Both the position numbers and the translations under genes were made by a program. The notes below the pieces were generated by a model. That model was not told where the DNA came from. It saw nothing but the letters and a program-made list of their open reading frames with translations, and ran no database searches. Shown one piece after another: positions 36,620-50,700 of a stretch of 64,000 nt of DNA. Source of the stretch: Lepidodermella squamata (Eukaryota > Animalia > Gastrotricha); the NCBI GenBank assembly GCA_047495785.1, contig JBLDXI010000004.1, forward strand, positions 2,604,001 to 2,668,000, read 5' to 3'. Position 1 is the stretch's first letter, and every line of letters starts with the position of its first letter.

Positions 36620-37858
36620 ATTTTCGGACGAATTGACTGCGGGTGAGTTTAGGCCCCACGTAATTTTCTCCTTGAGCATGAAAATAATGTTGGTGCTACA
36701 TAATAAGTTTTCTATTTATTCATCGTAACTCCTCATCGTAAAAAGAAATAATTCAATTCTGAATATTATTATATTATATTATAGAACTGGACAAATTCAG
36801 AATTGAATTATTTCTTTTTACGATGAGGATTGGCCGATAAACCAAATCTTCGCCTAGAACCTGGCCAATTTTCTTCGCCTGTTCAGCCACGGTCAGAAAT
36901 TCGCTGACAATCGCGATTCTTTTCCCGATCCAGCTCGGGTCTTTGAAAATTTCATAAGCACAACGGCCGATATCGTCGACGGCTATTCCAGGGATTTTGA
37001 CGTCGCCCAGCGGCAGAGAAATCGATAATTTCCCATCAGGCCCTCGCATGAATGGGAAGAGGCCGGTGTAGTGGTTGTCCCAAAACGCGGGTGTCATCAG
37101 GTACGTGACAGGTTGGCCGTCGAAGAAATGGTCAGATTGAGCTTTCACGTCTAAATGAGGCACCTTGTACTTGCCGTGAAGCGTTGGCATTCGGTCATCG
37201 CTAAGCGGCAAATATTCTCGGGTATCGTCCAAGGTCGACCAAATCACGTGCTTGATTCCAGCTTTTCTGTGAAAATTAATAAAAAGTTCAATCGAATTTC
37301 AAATTTTCAAATGATGCTGGCTTGGAATTAAAAAAATTAAAGTTCAACTCCTATAATAAATGTTCGCGAAATTTTTAAATAAATAAATTCAAAAAATTAA
37401 ATTTCTTTAATTCTAAAAAATTGTTGGATCAAGCTTAATTACCGGTATAAAGCGACATTTCTATCAATAATTAGTCAATTTTACCTTGCAGCATTAGCCA
37501 TCGACTTGATCTGCGCAATTTCCTTATCCATATCGTTCCAATCGACGACTGAGACACAGTAGAGGCCATACGAGCCTTGGATAGCTTCAGCCAGGGCATC
37601 TTCATCATTCGCATCAACTTGAACAACTTCAACGCCTTGATCTGCTAATGATTTGGCTTTAGCTGAATTAACATCTCGCGTCAACGCCCTCGGCTTGAAT
37701 TCACTGTGCGGATCTTCGAGAATCGCTCGAATCACAGAACCTCCCCTATAGAAAATAAATTAAAAATAAATTAAAATGTGGAGGAATTATCAGAAAATAT
37801 CCGATCTCACCTGCTGGCCGGTGGATCCAACAACTGAAATAATTTGTTTATCAGCCAT
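36620..37858 (-). pseudogene. NmrA/HSCARG-family NAD(P)-binding protein, intron-containing, apparently disrupted
   Basis: Exon 1 37858-37811 (MADKQIISVVGSTGQQ), exon 2 to 37485 (GGSVIRA..RALTRD), exon 3 from 37266 (HVIWSTLDDTR..MPTLHGKYKVPH..K). There is an extra G at the exon-2 acceptor, a palindromic insertion at 36731-36828 and a decayed C-terminal remnant beyond it. Confidence 0.75.
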
Positions 37859-38504
37859 CTTCAATTTTTCAAAGCAAAGAATCAGAAATTTCTAATGAAT
37901 GATTGATAGAAATTGAAATATTGTGTAATGCGACCTGACCCACAGGCTTTAGAGACTGATAAAGCAGCCGCGTTTCTCAGCCACCTATTTATTTCATAGA
38001 CCTGACCTCAATTTCCAAGACAGTCACTGCTTCAATGTTTGCATAATAAAATATTAGCGTTATAAAAAAACCATCTCAATGTATTATCACTGTTTTTTTG
38101 GCGCGAGCTACGAGCCAGCATCAGTTTTTTTACGTGCCAGGATAAGGTCAAATTTCTTGGCCAATAAACCGCACAAAATGTCAAAAAGTTTGACCAAAAG
38201 CTGCCCATTGTACTCAAATTTTATCTCAAAAAGTTGACAGTATGAAGAAGAGTCTTTCGAAGGGGTTATAAATGGCCCATAATTGCCACCATTACCGTAA
38301 TTTTTGTCGCCTAGAAATGCAATTGCTAAAAATTTCCGAAATTTCCGAAAGTATTGCGAATTTGCGGCTGCGCAGATTCAGATACCAAGCCTGAATAGAA
38401 ATGGGTAATCTGTGGTACAAAATAAGCCCAACGCCCAAAGCTGCAACCATTTCCGAATAGAAACACGATCAAATTTCTGCGTCTGTTCATCAACATTATG
38501 TTAA

Positions 38505-38907
38505 CACTTTAACTGCCAAAATTAGACTGCGAGGTCCGATATTTGGATCTAAATCCTGAGTCTGTCGAAAAGTCCTTTTTTCTGGTCAACGATGCGTCGT
38601 AGGGCAAAATGGCCGATGGCAAAGAGTAGGCAAAGAGTAGGGTCTAATAATTAGGTCCAATTATTGGGTCTGTTTTTTGGCTCTAATCCAAAATTTCGAC
38701 GTTATTTCACAGTCATTTTCAAATACCTGCTCAGACCTTCGAGTCCCCGAATTCGGTGTCAAAAGAACCGCCGAGTCATGGCCTACTCTTTGCCGCCGGC
38801 CATTTTGCCCTACGACGCATCGTTGACCAGAAAAAAGGACTTCTTGACAGACCCAGGATTTAGATCCAAATATCGGATCTCGCAGTCTAATTTTAGCAGT
38901 TAAAGCG
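38505..38907. mobile_element. TTAA-flanked MITE (piggyBac-like) with about 125-bp TIRs
   Basis: 38505-38630 is mirrored at 38782-38907. TTAA lies on both sides (38501-38504, 38908-38911). A second partial copy is at about 53930-54631. Confidence 0.8.
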
Positions 38908-39189
38908 TTAATAGTTCGAAAAATGCTAGTGCAGTGGTTCTCAAACTATTTTAGCTCCCGGTCAAAAATGGCGGCCGGCTGGCGACCTTTCCGGCCGCAT
39001 TGCCTCTTGAACCCTCAACCGGCCGCTTGTAATGATAAAATAGGACCTTCCCGGCCGCCCGCCTCAATAATCGAGAATTGATGTTTTCGAGTGCGCTTTT
39101 AAGCGGATTGGTTATTAAATTAGGGTTTGAGAAGTGGTTCTTGACTGAATGTTTACGCGACCCCATTCAAATCATTCAACTGAAGTCGC

Positions 39190-41715
39190 TCCCCACCACT
39201 CTCCAAAAGTCAAAAAGTGACAGAAATTTTATGTAATATTTTGGCCAATTAATATTTGGCCTCTGAACTCCAAACCTGTGCATTAATTAACCGAGCGAGC
39301 GAAGCGAGGTTTAGCTAACAATGTTTTTCAAGAATTCTTTCTGAAAATGAGCTAAAAATGCCTTGGGCTTTGAGTGTTCCTCGTCGCGACTCGCGATCCC
39401 ACGACCCCAAAACCTTCCGCGACCCTTTTCGAAATTGCCCGCGATAGCTGAGACGGGCTAGGCCGAAATCGATGTGTACAGTAGACACTTCGAAGGGGAG
39501 TCTAGAGCAGCGTAATTGCCTAGCCTGCGTAATTGTTCGCATTTGAAAACTGTTTCAATCTTTTTCCACCTTGTATTCTGAATTTTGAGTTCTGAATAGG
39601 TTGACGGCAATGTGAAAATGAATAGCTATTTATTCGAATAAACAGTTTGGAAAGCACGTGAAAAATTCGCACTCAAGCCTCTTCCTGGTCGCTCGTTTAT
39701 CCCTTGTCTTTATTTACTCGAGAGTTATCTCGATTGAATAAAAACTAGATGCTCTTACCGGCCGCTTGCAATGAGAAAATAGAACCTTTCCGACCGCACG
39801 CCTCCAACCTGGAGATTTCATGTTTGTGAGTGGTGAGTGCGCTTTCAAAGGCAGATTAGTTTTAAATTGCGTTATTTTGAGTGTATCCTTGCTCGGAACT
39901 TGCTCGATCACTGGATTATAACGGCTGATTGCAGTTCGCTCCTTGTCGATCAAAGGGGCAACTTTGTCCATCCCTGCTGAAAGTGAAAGTTTAATTTGAG
40001 ACGAGAACGTTTCGCAATCGTCCGTCTCGTCGACCGCTCTCATGTAGTAATTGATTGAAGTTTAAATGGTTTAGGCGTAATTATAAATTATAAAATATCC
40101 GCCTCAAGATGTCGGCAATGGACCAGTAGCGCTAAATTTCATCAATTTTTTATACACCAAAAAAACTGGTTATCAATAATGATATCATTACCAATTATTA
40201 AGACGCTAGGATTGATTTTATTTTTGAGTAATGATTCAAGTATTGCAATGTATCTTAAAGGGTCTCAGAATAAATAGAAACATCAGATACTGAGCTTCAA
40301 GCTCGGGAAAATCAGATAAAGCGATCAAAATAAGAAGGTTCATTGCAGTTTTATGAATTCCAGTTTGAATCGTTAGGCTGATTCGCAAACGTCGCATCAA
40401 TTTTAAATACGTTCGCATATGCCATCAGACAAGCTCCCGCAAGTTCCTTGATAAAGTGTCCCCGAATAAAGCACTGTGCCTACATAATAATTAAGATGAA
40501 CAATTAAAATCTTTGGGAATCCGTTTCGCCTCACATTCCCCGCCGGCACTGTCTAAATCGATTGAGTAGTCGAACGCTGTATTGTTGAAAGGCTGCCCCG
40601 TTATCCATGAAAAAGCACTGCGGTTGCTGCGCTTAGCCCCGATAAAGGCATCGACACCAAGCTGATCGACTATCGCTTTAGCTGCGTCGAATGAGGCTTG
40701 GTCCTTGAGAAGGGCGAGCGTTTTATTGCGATCTTGACAAAATTGCGCCATTTGATCTCTATCGCCTGTTGTATTTGAGATCTCCATGTCTGCCAATGTC
40801 TGAAGAAGACTTTCATATGCGATTTTCGTGAGAAATCGTGAGCAAAAACTTACAGCGCCACTGCAAAGTGCATACTTCGCGGAATCACATGGCGCATCAA
40901 TGTAACTGCCATTGGTTAAGGCTATGCCTGGAGTGAACGAAATTGTAGGTTAATCTATGAAAATACACGGCGAACCCCAATTTGAACAATAGACTAATTG
41001 TAATTTGATTCATAGCAGCGAACTGGTTGGGATAAGGAAAATCGAAATAAGGGTCACCCCTGTGATCTTTGACGGAGTTCACCCTGCGGACTGACTGAAC
41101 TAGGGATGATCTCTGCCATCCCTTCGGTACTTCGCTCTCTGATTTGATTTGATTCCATTCAAGCAGTATATTCGCTGCGAAATTACTGATTAAGGCAAGC
41201 CCATCCTCATTCGCAAAGTGGCAAACGCGCGCATGTGCGCATTTCATGAGGTCGGATTCACACGCATGCGCATTGGCGCACACAAGGCCTTTCAGCTAAC
41301 TCCCTCTGGCCAGCCTTTCCAATGGCCTTTCATAGGTTAAGGAGCACCATTGTGTCCAGTGCGCGAATTATAGGGTATTATGGGAGGGGGGATCATCCTC
41401 ATCAACGAGAGGCAACCATCCTAGGCTGGTTAAGACAGTGGTTGGGATGGCAGACCTGCTTTCCCGGTACAAGCTGGCAAGACGTATCCTAGGCAACTGA
41501 GGCGGGAAACCGCAGTTTTCAGAAAAAATAACGCATTTTCAGCTCGTTTTGAAATAATTATGGAAAAATATTATCAGCTAAATCTCGCTTCGCTCGCAAA
41601 CGTTAATTAATGCACGGGTTTAAAATTGTGAGGCCATATTTTAATTGGACAAAATATGACATACAATTTCTTTCACTTTTCAATTTTTGAAGTTTTGAAA
41701 GTGGTGGGTTTGAGA
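39190..41715. repeat. Pair of inverted about 120-bp repeats ending in GCGAGCGAAGCGAG, bracketing the last exons of lectin gene copy 2
   Basis: About 39190-39308 is the diverged reverse complement of about 41584-41715. Confidence 0.6.
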
Positions 41716-44700
41716 GTGGTTAAAATAGAACCACACTAAGAAAAAAGGCATTTTCGGAACATTTTCAGACTCAAAAGCGAAAAAAACCGTCAGCTACAGC
41801 TCGCTTCGCTCGCGAGTTGTCTGTTTATGAATTTTGTGGTGAAAACCTCTGACAAGAGACGATTAAGGAGAGAATTAATATTTGAAACTGACCTGTGTCA
41901 TCTGTGTTATTTAAGCCCATTGCCGATTTTACCTGACGAAATTTCATTCATTTACTTATTTATTTAATGAGCATTGATCCCTTTGTTCAGAACTCGACTT
42001 GAAAATTAGGTCCAAGTATCAAAAAAGTGCGCAACTATTGGGCGAAACCTGCTGTGTGTAAATAAATAAGTCAAAACACGAGGTAATTCCCATTATAGTT
42101 CAACCGCACAAAAGTGTATATTCACGGAATTTTTAACTAGCCGTGTATCTGTCTACCCGATTCGCCCAACTCTGCGAACACAACTAAAAAAAATTAATTT
42201 ACCGTATTTGCTCCTGCCCGTGCTATACAATTTCACCCTCAAATTTCGAAAATTTCAAAATATAATTTTTGGTGAATCGCTCATTTTTTATGTGACTTGA
42301 CTCCTCAATCCTGGGCTACTATTAGGGATGGGCGATTATTAGTGGATGGGCCACTATTGGTACAACGACGGCATTCAAAATTTGAAAAAATTGTATTGCG
42401 TTATAAACGGAGCTACAGTTTAGATCACCATCTTAAACCGTTTGACAGCAAACATTTATTACTTTAAGTTGACAACATGATCCACCTTAACACAAATAGC
42501 ACCCCGGCCGCACCTGTGAGGATGAAGAATCACAGCTACTAAGCGGACGCGGCAGGCCTCTGAAGACTCAAAATGAATCCATCTCGATTTTGAAATGTGG
42601 TTTTTAGCTGTAGACGGGCAGCGATAAATTTTTTTAAATTACTGCGAGGCCACGCTATTAAGCTCCCTTGACGAAGTCGATGTTCGCGTTAATATTATTG
42701 CAATTACTTTTACGATCCACCTTAATAAATATAAACGAGTAATCACGGATGAAGTATCTCCTGAAAGCGGAAAAGCGACAAGTCCTTTTGGAGTTCAAAT
42801 CTCAACGGGCTACTATATTAAAGCAAACAAGCCGCTGTGAGTGCAGCGCGCCCTCACGCGTAGAGTCACCTTCGACATCCTCGTCGCCTCTCTACGACTC
42901 CCCATGGTCTTCCCGCAATAAGACACATTGTGGAACCACTAAATAAGAGCTGAACTTTGGCGCGCACGCTGATTGGTCAATTGATCCGGTCTATGACTCC
43001 GGGATTTTTTGCGTACTTATAATAAGTTAATAAATGATAAATTTCAAGACCAAAAGTGATTAAGATGTGAATTTAAAACAAAGCACCTTTTAGCGGAACC
43101 AATACCTATTCAAATTTGGAACTCAACTTAGAATTTGTAATTTTCGAAATTTTCATAAATTAATGTAAAACAAGAATGCAAGCACGATTACTGGAGGTTT
43201 TCCACTCAGCTCCCGTGCTCTCTACTTCGCGGCTGAGTAAGATCATGGCCGATTAAGTCAAAGGACTTGAAATAGAGGTGACATTTCGTCAGCGGCGTTT
43301 CAAAATTAATGCTAGTTTTAATAAACCTTGGCATACAGTTGGCATACAAATTTTTGGCAAAGAAAAAATTGCCGATTTTTTTTTATAATGTAGGGGTTCA
43401 TCACCCTAGTATATAGGGTGTATAATATTTTTCTCCTTGTTTTATGGTCAAAATAAATTTCCACCGTCATCTGACGATTTTCCAGCTTAATTACAAAAGG
43501 TTGCGCACACAGGTTGCGCACAGCAAAAGTTACGCACAGAAAGTTACGCACGTGCGGTTGCGCTCTTGAGGTTGCGCTTACGGGAATTGACCGTGATTTT
43601 TGGTGAAAAGTTCATTTTTGAAAAATGCTATTTTCCAGTTTTTAGCGTTTTTTTGTCATTTTCCTGCAGTAAAGCGAAATTGGACCATATTCTTAGCAGG
43701 GATCGATGTCAATACCGCTCCGTTAACCGAGATTTTCACTTTGGACCGAACAGAAACGTTTCTCAATGACGAAATGAGATCCAAATGGGTTTTGAAATTT
43801 TTGGGAAACCGCAGCAAATTTGCAAAGCTGCAAGTTTCGGGTTGTGCCATTGTTGATTTTTGTGGAAATCGGCGATTATCATCCGTACTTTATTTGAGCG
43901 GTTTTTTTAACAAAAGATGCTTCGGAAAATTCTCATCGAATATAATGGATTATATGAGGACAAAAAAAAAGAATTATTTATGACAAATTCAAAACCGCGC
44001 GCAAAGATGTTAAAGGGTTACTTTGAAATATCGCGTCGGTTTTTACACTAAAAATAATTCGGACAATTCTCTATCGATTGAATCCGGTGTTCTCGCGCGA
44101 AAAAAATATAAAAAAAATTTTACGTGCACTCTAAATTTTGCGCGCTAGTAGAGTTCACAAATGAAAAGTTAGAGTGCGCAAAAAAATTTGAATTTGAATT
44201 TTGAATTTTGAATTTGCAATTCATGTTGGGGCCAGCACGAACTTAACGATGTGAGGGCATTACTTTCCCTTCCCCTCAAAAAATCACGCACAGATAGGAG
44301 ATCATCGATCTTACATTCGCCCCAACCGTATGGGCAATCGTTTCGCCATAGTGGCGTGTCGATTGGGATGATGCTGTGATCGTCATCCCACGTGAAATCA
44401 GCAACCAGCCCGATAAAGCCTATATTCGTAACATTTGACGCGGCAGCTAACTCGTCTGCAGTGAAAATAGTGGCCAAGCGGCCACCCTCCTGCTTACAAG
44501 CTTCTAATTGAGCACGGAAGAAGCCTTGGTAGAGCGAGGATTTGAAATACGATTTGGAAGGTTTGGTTGGGGCGAGGTCCTTTAAGCAGGCCGCGTAGTT
44601 ATCAGCAAATGTTGTCGAGTTTGAATATATTTTCACCTAATTTGGAAAAAATTTGAAAAGAAGACAGATATAATTATTTCAATTCATCTGCTCACCGCTG

Positions 44701-47700
44701 TTGAGCCAGTTGGGCAAATGTTGTAACAACTCTTGATTGTTGAATTATCACACCGGACGGCATTCTGAAAATGTTGGAAAATTTGCAGAAAATCTGTGAA
44801 AAATCAAATCACGTTCTTTCCGTTATTTTCCTTTTCCCTACGTTCATCCTATTAAGACTTAGTATAGCTTCAATTATCTTGGAATCCACGCCAATATATT
44901 TTCTACAGTGTGTCCAAAAAGTTTTGCAACATTATGAATTGCTCATTTTGGCGAATTTTCCCAAGGTTGAACACGATTTTGAAAGCTCTAATCGATAAGT
45001 TTATGTGGTTACAAGGATTTTAAAAGCTGCGTCTTCTCAAATCATCGTGCCCGTCAAAGCTAGTACGAAACAACTAGAACAATAATCTCAACCTAGATTA
45101 AAATATTTGTTCCAATAATAAAAAACCATGGTTTTCATTTCAGATGTACTTCGGACCATGAAAAAGTCGGAAATCTTAAACTATGATAGGGATTTGGTGT
45201 TTATTCAACCCGAATACTCACCCATGATAAGCAAGCGGCTTTGTTTCTGTAGACGCCAGTAGAAAATTGTGCGGTTTCATTTGCCAGGCATTTTGTGCTG
45301 GCCAGTCGGCATGCAGTGAACGCGTTAGTAGTGGAATCAAAGCAGCGAATGTGGGGCTTCACGGAATCAGCTCCTGAATGAACAAAATTAGTAAATGAAG
45401 AATTCAGCAGGGCTGCAATATGCAATAGTTCTGTATCCTGGTATCCTGTTACAAGTTTCTGGGGAAGGCAGAAAAATTAACATTCAGGTAACGTAAAAAT
45501 GGTATGTTTTATCAATTCAGAATGACCTGAATGCACGAGTGTGCAACAACATTCAATAGGTTTGAATTTCATAACTTCATAATTGAATCTTAATTCGCAT
45601 ATCGTCCTAATTATGACGCTGGTGCAGGTCTTTACAGACATTTCAATTTCGATTTTTGTTGTTGTATCGTGTTATAATCCCTTCGAGAAATTGGCATCAG
45701 TCTGCGGCCTCCCAACTCGTAAACTGAACGAAGGTAACGCAAAATTCATGTAATATTAGGCTCTATCTGCTAGGGTCATCTCACAAACCGTTATCATTAG
45801 GGTATATCAAACTTACTGCCGAAATTCTGTAGACAGGCTTCCAAGCTTGCAAATCCAGTTTGTGCTTTCTTCTGAAAAAATTATTGGTAAAACAGAGCCA
45901 ACTAGCCGGAGAGAAATTACCGTAGTGTTGGAGCAGGGAAAATCGCTCGGAATGCAAGTGACAAATTGCTGAGCCGAATCGACGCAAGAATCGAACTTCT
46001 TTTTCTGTTGATCAAATTCTCTCTGATTCATTTCGAAAAGGTAGCTAATTATATTACCGGAAATGTGTTCAAATCCGTGGTACAATTGTACATGTTAGTT
46101 TTCAGCGGGAAAAAGCCGTTGTACGAGCTGCCGACCTTGAATAACGTTGAAATTTGGATTATTTTTTTAACGAAATTGATCGTTAAAAAACTTGATTGTT
46201 GAAGAGAAACTAAAATTAATTGTTTATCAAACTACAACTAAAAAAGCCAGGACAATGCCAGACTCCGAATGTCAAACGACCGATATGTGGTTACCAACAG
46301 GGTGACTGACTACAAAGTCCTACTCCAAATTTTTAGCATGAAAACTCTCGAAAATAGACGTTGTCAACGTGACTTGATACTAATGTTTAAATTATATCGT
46401 GGTTTTGTTGATGTTGATTTTGGTTTATTTTTTAACAAATCCAGCAACAAATATGCTGACACGCACAGGCTCTCATTGCCTATGTGCCACAGAGACTGCT
46501 TTAAGTTCTCTTTTCTTAGAAGGTATGTAATATTATGGAACAAGCTGCCTTTAGACATTGTTAATGGCTCTTTAGCTAATTTTAAATTGTTTGTTGATAA
46601 TTTGGATAATACGAAGTTTTTGATATCTACAGTGAGGCGCCTTTGACTAATTGCTAATAATCCTTGAGATTGATTGCAAGCCGGTTTAAAATAAAAAAAT
46701 AAAATAAATCACAAGCTACCACACTAACTAAGATCTCCTGGCCGCCTGGAACCTATTGAATCACCAGCTACAATCAGCGTTGCAAGACAGCACGACCAAG
46801 TTGAATCGGCAAGATTATTCGACAAGGCCTTCAAAGATCAATTGAAGCGTACAACTCAAGATTTTAGCGATTTGAAAGCGGACTTTAAAGCATCACAGGA
46901 AGCATGCGAAGAGTGGAGAAGAAGGTCGGCAGTACAGCTAGTATCGGATTTACGTTCCAGAGGGTCAGATGCCGTTAAATCTGTACATTCAGCAATTCAG
47001 AATTTTCGCGGATGTGTCAACGTTAAGCAACGAAAGGAGATTGGGTGAATTGCAACTTTCATTCAAGAACCGAAATCTTTTGCCGCGGCAGGACCGGCGA
47101 AAGAAGCCGTCGCGAAGACCTGGGTTGAAAGTTTGAGGCAATAGAACAATTGAGAACCCTGAGACAGCAGGAGGGTGAATCATTCCGAGCACTGGCGGAG
47201 CGAGTCAGGGTTCTCGTTGCAGCGGCTCAGCCGTCACTTTCGAATGATCAACTCGAAGAAACAGCCCGCGACCTGTTTCAAAACGTTTTCAGCGATGAGC
47301 AAATGAAAGTAGAAGTGCAACGCTTCATTGTCGATCGGCACCGTATGAAGCAGCCGTTGGACACTCTAGCCGAGTTGGCTGAGGCCGGGGATGGAGCCGC
47401 AACAATCAGAATTACCCGAAAGCGAACAGCAGACCCTATTGCAATGACCCATCAGGACCCCGGACACCTTCAGGCTCAGCGCTACGTGGCGCCTCAGGTT
47501 CGAGCGGCTCAAATGATCAACGGCGATTCAAAAAAAAACGATCAGAAGGCGTTGATGTGGAATTGAAAGCAACGGCGCTGGGTCCGAGATCAAAACAAAA
47601 AAATCATACTGTAAATGAACCAGATTCGTAACAGGTAACAGCGTAACATACGCAACAGCGAAATTGAAAGGTTTTAAAGCTGGCCTGCGGAGCGACGGCC

Positions 47701-50700
47701 ATGTGCTGCTCCGAGGCGTTGTTAGAAAGCATGGGGCTGTCCTTCAAAGCATGCCCGCCGGTTATGGGTCAAGCATCAAACGGCACAGCATTCGATCTTA
47801 AGCTGGGCGACTTCACCTGAGTTCCGTTCCTGGTATGCGAAAATCGCTCAGTTCCCGCACTGCTCGGTGCGAATTTCTTCAGGAAATATATATGAGACTG
47901 GGAGGTCCATATTCCAAAGCTGAAACTCTTCAATCCTAAATACAAGAGGCATTCGAAACGACGCTAAGCAGTGAATCGAGTGTCGGCCACGAAACGAGAT
48001 GACGCTCAGGAAGCGGTGTATAAAATCAAGGTGAAGCGAGGGCATGATCTAAGTCACCTACAAGAACCGTTCCGGTTAAAGCTCTGTTGCGAAAACACGA
48101 CGATCGGTTTTTCTGGGATGGGGTGGTTAAACCATCCAAGATTCCGGTTATGCACCGCACCGAGACTCACCCTGGAGCAACGCCGCGAACAGAAAAGAAC
48201 CGAAGATACAATCCTCACAAGCTAGCAGCAATTAAGGAACTGGTTTCCAAGCTGGAAGCCCAGGTGCATATCGTCAAGACCTTGAGCGGATACGCCTCTC
48301 TGGCGGTTCTGGCAAATAAATATGACGAGAACGGTAACTTCAAAGGTTACCGACTGACCGTCAAGTCAATACCAGGCGACATAACAGGGCGCCATGGAGC
48401 TTGTGATAGGTCCCACATCTGTACTACGATGACATTCTGGTAAAGGGCAAGGGGGAAGATTTACTGCTCAATTTGGAGGCGGTGCTGCACACTAGAAAAA
48501 ATAACCGTGTATATAACGGTGGTATATAACACTCGCGCTGAATAACGGATTTTGCGTTAAGTAACGAACCCGGTAAATACGCATCAAGAGCGATGCGTTA
48601 TTTATGCACGCCTCGAGTTACTACCGCGTTGATTTGCGTGTTATTAACGCTCATCACTTGTAACACAAAGAAATCGTGTTAGTTACAGGGGTGCGCAGTG
48701 CGTTAGCTAACGTCGGATAGGAAAAACTTGATTCCGGGAGTCGTGACACTCGTTAAATAACGCACTGTCACCCGAAAGCGCGCGGTGGGCGTTATTTAGC
48801 GCTGCTTGTGTGTTAGCTAACGCGCTTGTCTCATTACAGCATGCGCTTGCATTTGTGCATATGAAAATCATATTGAAGAGCGAATGTAGCGTGTATTTTT
48901 AAGGCGCTTCAACGCTGAAATAATATCATGAATAACAATATCATTGGCAATCAAAATATACTTGCGCGCCTAACCCTAACTTGCGCGCAAACCTCTCCCT
49001 CTATCCTTTTCAACTCTATAACACTGTCTTCCTCTTCCCATATTTGTTTTCGTTAATAGAGTGTATTATATTTTACGGTTTTATTAAATTTTTGTTAAAA
49101 CAACTCGATGTTCCAAGTAACTCCTGAATGGCGGTTTCTTTGTTGAAACCCGCTAATGATAAAGAAACAAAATAAAAATGTTGGGCAGCTCTGGTTAGAA
49201 ATGTTCCCGCTCGGCCGCGCGCGTCATATACCGCGTTAACTAACAACATTACTGCGACACGCCTGGATGTGCGGGTGCGTGTAGATAACGCTCTTTTGCC
49301 GCGCGTTAGTTAACCGGGCTCCGTGCGTTAGCTAACGAAAAGTTGAACTACCGCCACCCATTTATATAACTACCTCAAATGCTCATACGCAACACGCCAA
49401 CTAAATAACGTTAAATAACGCTGAAACAGTTAAGTACCACAAGAAGCGCGCGTTATATACACGGTTATTTTTTCTAGTGCAGAGGTGCGACACATTCGCG
49501 ACGACCTTGAACCCCGAGAAATGCGAGTTTCTCGAAGACGCTATACCGCTTCTCGGAAATGTGATAAAGCTAAGATGGGATTCAAGTATCGAAGCCGAAA
49601 ATGGATGAAATTAAAACCAATAGATGTCATGTAAATCATTGCTCAATTCCGGGCCCATATTAGTTCCGTCCAGTCGGAGGGTAAAAGTGGACTTAGCGCA
49701 AAACGCGCAAAACGCGCTAAAGTCAAAATTTTTAGAAATTTCAAGGCCGCGTGCGGTAAAGTCAAAGGGCAAGTTTTGATTATTTAGGCGGTTTTTAAAA
49801 GAGAAAGAAAGTTCAGAAAATTCTCTATAGAATAGATATGGATTTCTCGCGTGAAAAATGAACGAAAAAACGGTTACCGCACATCCTAACTTTTGAGAAG
49901 CGAGTGCGCGCGCTCTCAACTCGCGCGCAAAATTTTAGGTGCACGTAAAACTTTTTTATTTTAATTTTTTCGAGCGAGAACCCCATATTCAATCGATAGA
50001 GAATTGTCTGAATTATGTTTTGGTATAAAAACCGACGCGATATTTGAAAGTAACCCTATAGCATCTTTGCGCGCGGTTTTAAATTTGTTAAAAATAATTT
50101 AACTTATGCGCAAAAGCCAAGTCCTGATTTTTAACAAACTTAAAACCGCGCGCAAAGATGCTAAAGGGTTACTTTCAAATATCGCGTCGGTTTTTATACC
50201 AAAAAATAATTCAGACAATTCTCTATCGATTGAATATGGGGTTCTCGCTCGAAAAAATTAAATAAAAAAGTTTTACGTGCACTCTAAATTTTTGCGCGCG
50301 AGTTGAGAGCGCGCGTTGACCAGGAACGTGCACACGCGTAAATGAAAAGTTGGAGTGCTCGTAAAACCTGTTAATTCAAATTTCTCTCGCCAGAAACCCA
50401 TATTCATTTGATAGAGAATTATTTAAGCTTCATTTTGGAATAAAAACCGCTAGGATATTCGAAAATAGCCTTTTGACATCAGCGCGCGCGGCCAACATGT
50501 TTTTTAAAATTTCGACTTGGCGTTTTGCGCTAAGTCCACTTTTACCCTCCAATTGCGCAACCAACGCTTGGGGGCCGGACGGAACTAATATGGGCCCGGA
50601 ATTGAGCTAAATCATTCAGAATATCAAAGCATGCATAACGACTGGTCATATACTTCGCTACTGGGCCTGAAACTAGATTCTGCAATGTCAGTGGAGGCAT

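Noticed and set aside
41048-41095. IFDGVHP resembling the SGNH esterase DxxH block
   Set aside because: Flanked by stops, with no GDS block found; insufficient evidence.
48969-48980. CCTAACCCTAAC telomere-like motif (similar at about 13512-13529)
   Set aside because: Only two to three imperfect units; not a telomeric array.
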